Positions 63,162 through 64,000 of a stretch of DNA of 64,000 bases are shown in pieces (the stretch's first letter is position 1; each line of letters begins with the position of its first letter). This DNA comes from Octopus sinensis. Its lineage: Eukaryota. A program made the position numbers and the translations under genes. The notes beneath the pieces were generated by a model. That model was given only the letters and a program-made list of their open reading frames with translations, was not told the DNA's origin and ran no database searches. The DNA lies in assembly GCF_006345805.1 (NCBI RefSeq), contig NC_043013.1, forward strand, positions 16,864,001 to 16,928,000, in the 5' to 3' direction.

Positions 63162-63310
63162 CACGATGGGCTTCTTTCAGTTTCCATCTACCAAATCTAC
63201 TCACAAGGCTTCGGTCAGCCCAAGGCAATAGTAGAAGAGAGTTACCAAAGGTGCCATGCAGTGGGACTGAACCCAGAACCATGTGGTTGGGAAGCAAACT
63301 TCTTACCATA
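62745..63310 (-). mobile_element. Family-B SINE (preceded by a second short tail fragment)
   Basis: Head near 63300, tail at 62836-62885, extra tail at 62750-62790. Confidence 0.8.
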
Positions 63311-63399
63311 CACACACACACATGTACACGTGTGTGTGTGTGTGTGTATTCACATATATATGTATATGTATATATGCATAAACTAGATTATTGCTGAGA

Positions 63400-64000
63400 G
63401 ATAAACACTTTACATAAAGTAGCTGCCCTCAGCTCCCACGACAACCTCATGATGGCTCCAGAATATGGTGCAAGCATTCCTCACTGTGACTCTGAGAAGA
63501 TCTGCAAACACCTCCTTGATCTAGGCCACTAGTTCAGCCTTCGTGTTGCAAGCAAAATGGTTGACTTTTTTCTCAACTGCACTCTACACATAGTAATCCA
63601 CTTGATTGCAATCAAAGAAATTAGCAGTCCAGAAATTGGGGCTGTTGGGATCCTAGAAATTCTCCAACAACCACCTCTAGCTCTTTTCAGTGGCATGACA
63701 AGGAGCCAAATCCTGCTGCCACACATAGGGCCTTCTAGCAGCAATCCTCTCCAGCCAGGCTTTGACTAGTCTCAAGCAACTACACACAACTCTCTGAATT
63801 AAACCTAAGTCCCTGTTCCCAAGTTGTTGGATGAACTCTGGTATGTGGATGCAGTCAGAATGCCTACTGTGTCAAATCCTGATGGCCACAGCTTCATAGT
63901 CAGTGTTGCAGCTATCCATATCACATCTTACAGCCTTTACACTGTTCACAGAGCATTGAGCAGCAGTTATGATGTTGGCATTTTGACACCCAGCATGAAT
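63400..64000 (-). mobile_element. maT/DD37D-like transposase remnant, running off the window end
   Basis: VKAWLERIAARRPYVWQQDLAPCH...WLLENF...SPNFW...DCNQVDYYV*SAVEKK. Confidence 0.82.

Overview
AT-rich eukaryotic DNA made almost entirely of microsatellites and decayed transposable elements. I found no intact host protein-coding gene, rRNA, true tRNA or CRISPR array; most ORFs in the track are translations of microsatellites. The tRNA-derived SINE families and microsatellite load look like an octopus genome (inference from recognised repeat families, no search run). Elements present: several tRNA-derived SINE families, some with clean target-site duplications (TSDs); LINE fragments of the RTE, CR1/L2-like, L1/Tx1 and R4/Dong-like clades; Penelope-like (PLE) RT/GIY-YIG fragments; Tc1, mariner, maT-like and Merlin/ISXO2 transposase remnants; hAT-like and piggyBac-like MITEs; and two recent tandem duplications. 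Top observations: (1) three copies of a PLE-type terminal repeat fold as minimal type-I hammerhead ribozymes with a swapped G3:C8 core (GUGAACA instead of CUGANGA), two of them forming a TSD-flanked palindrome; (2) a Merlin transposase is split by a ~1 kb inversion bounded by a perfect 14-bp inverted repeat, and flipping it restores the reading frame; (3) a Tc1/mariner remnant shows the same inversion-with-duplicated-breakpoint pattern; (4) a 70-bp all-hairpin mini-element with a 9-bp TSD sits beside the Merlin gene.
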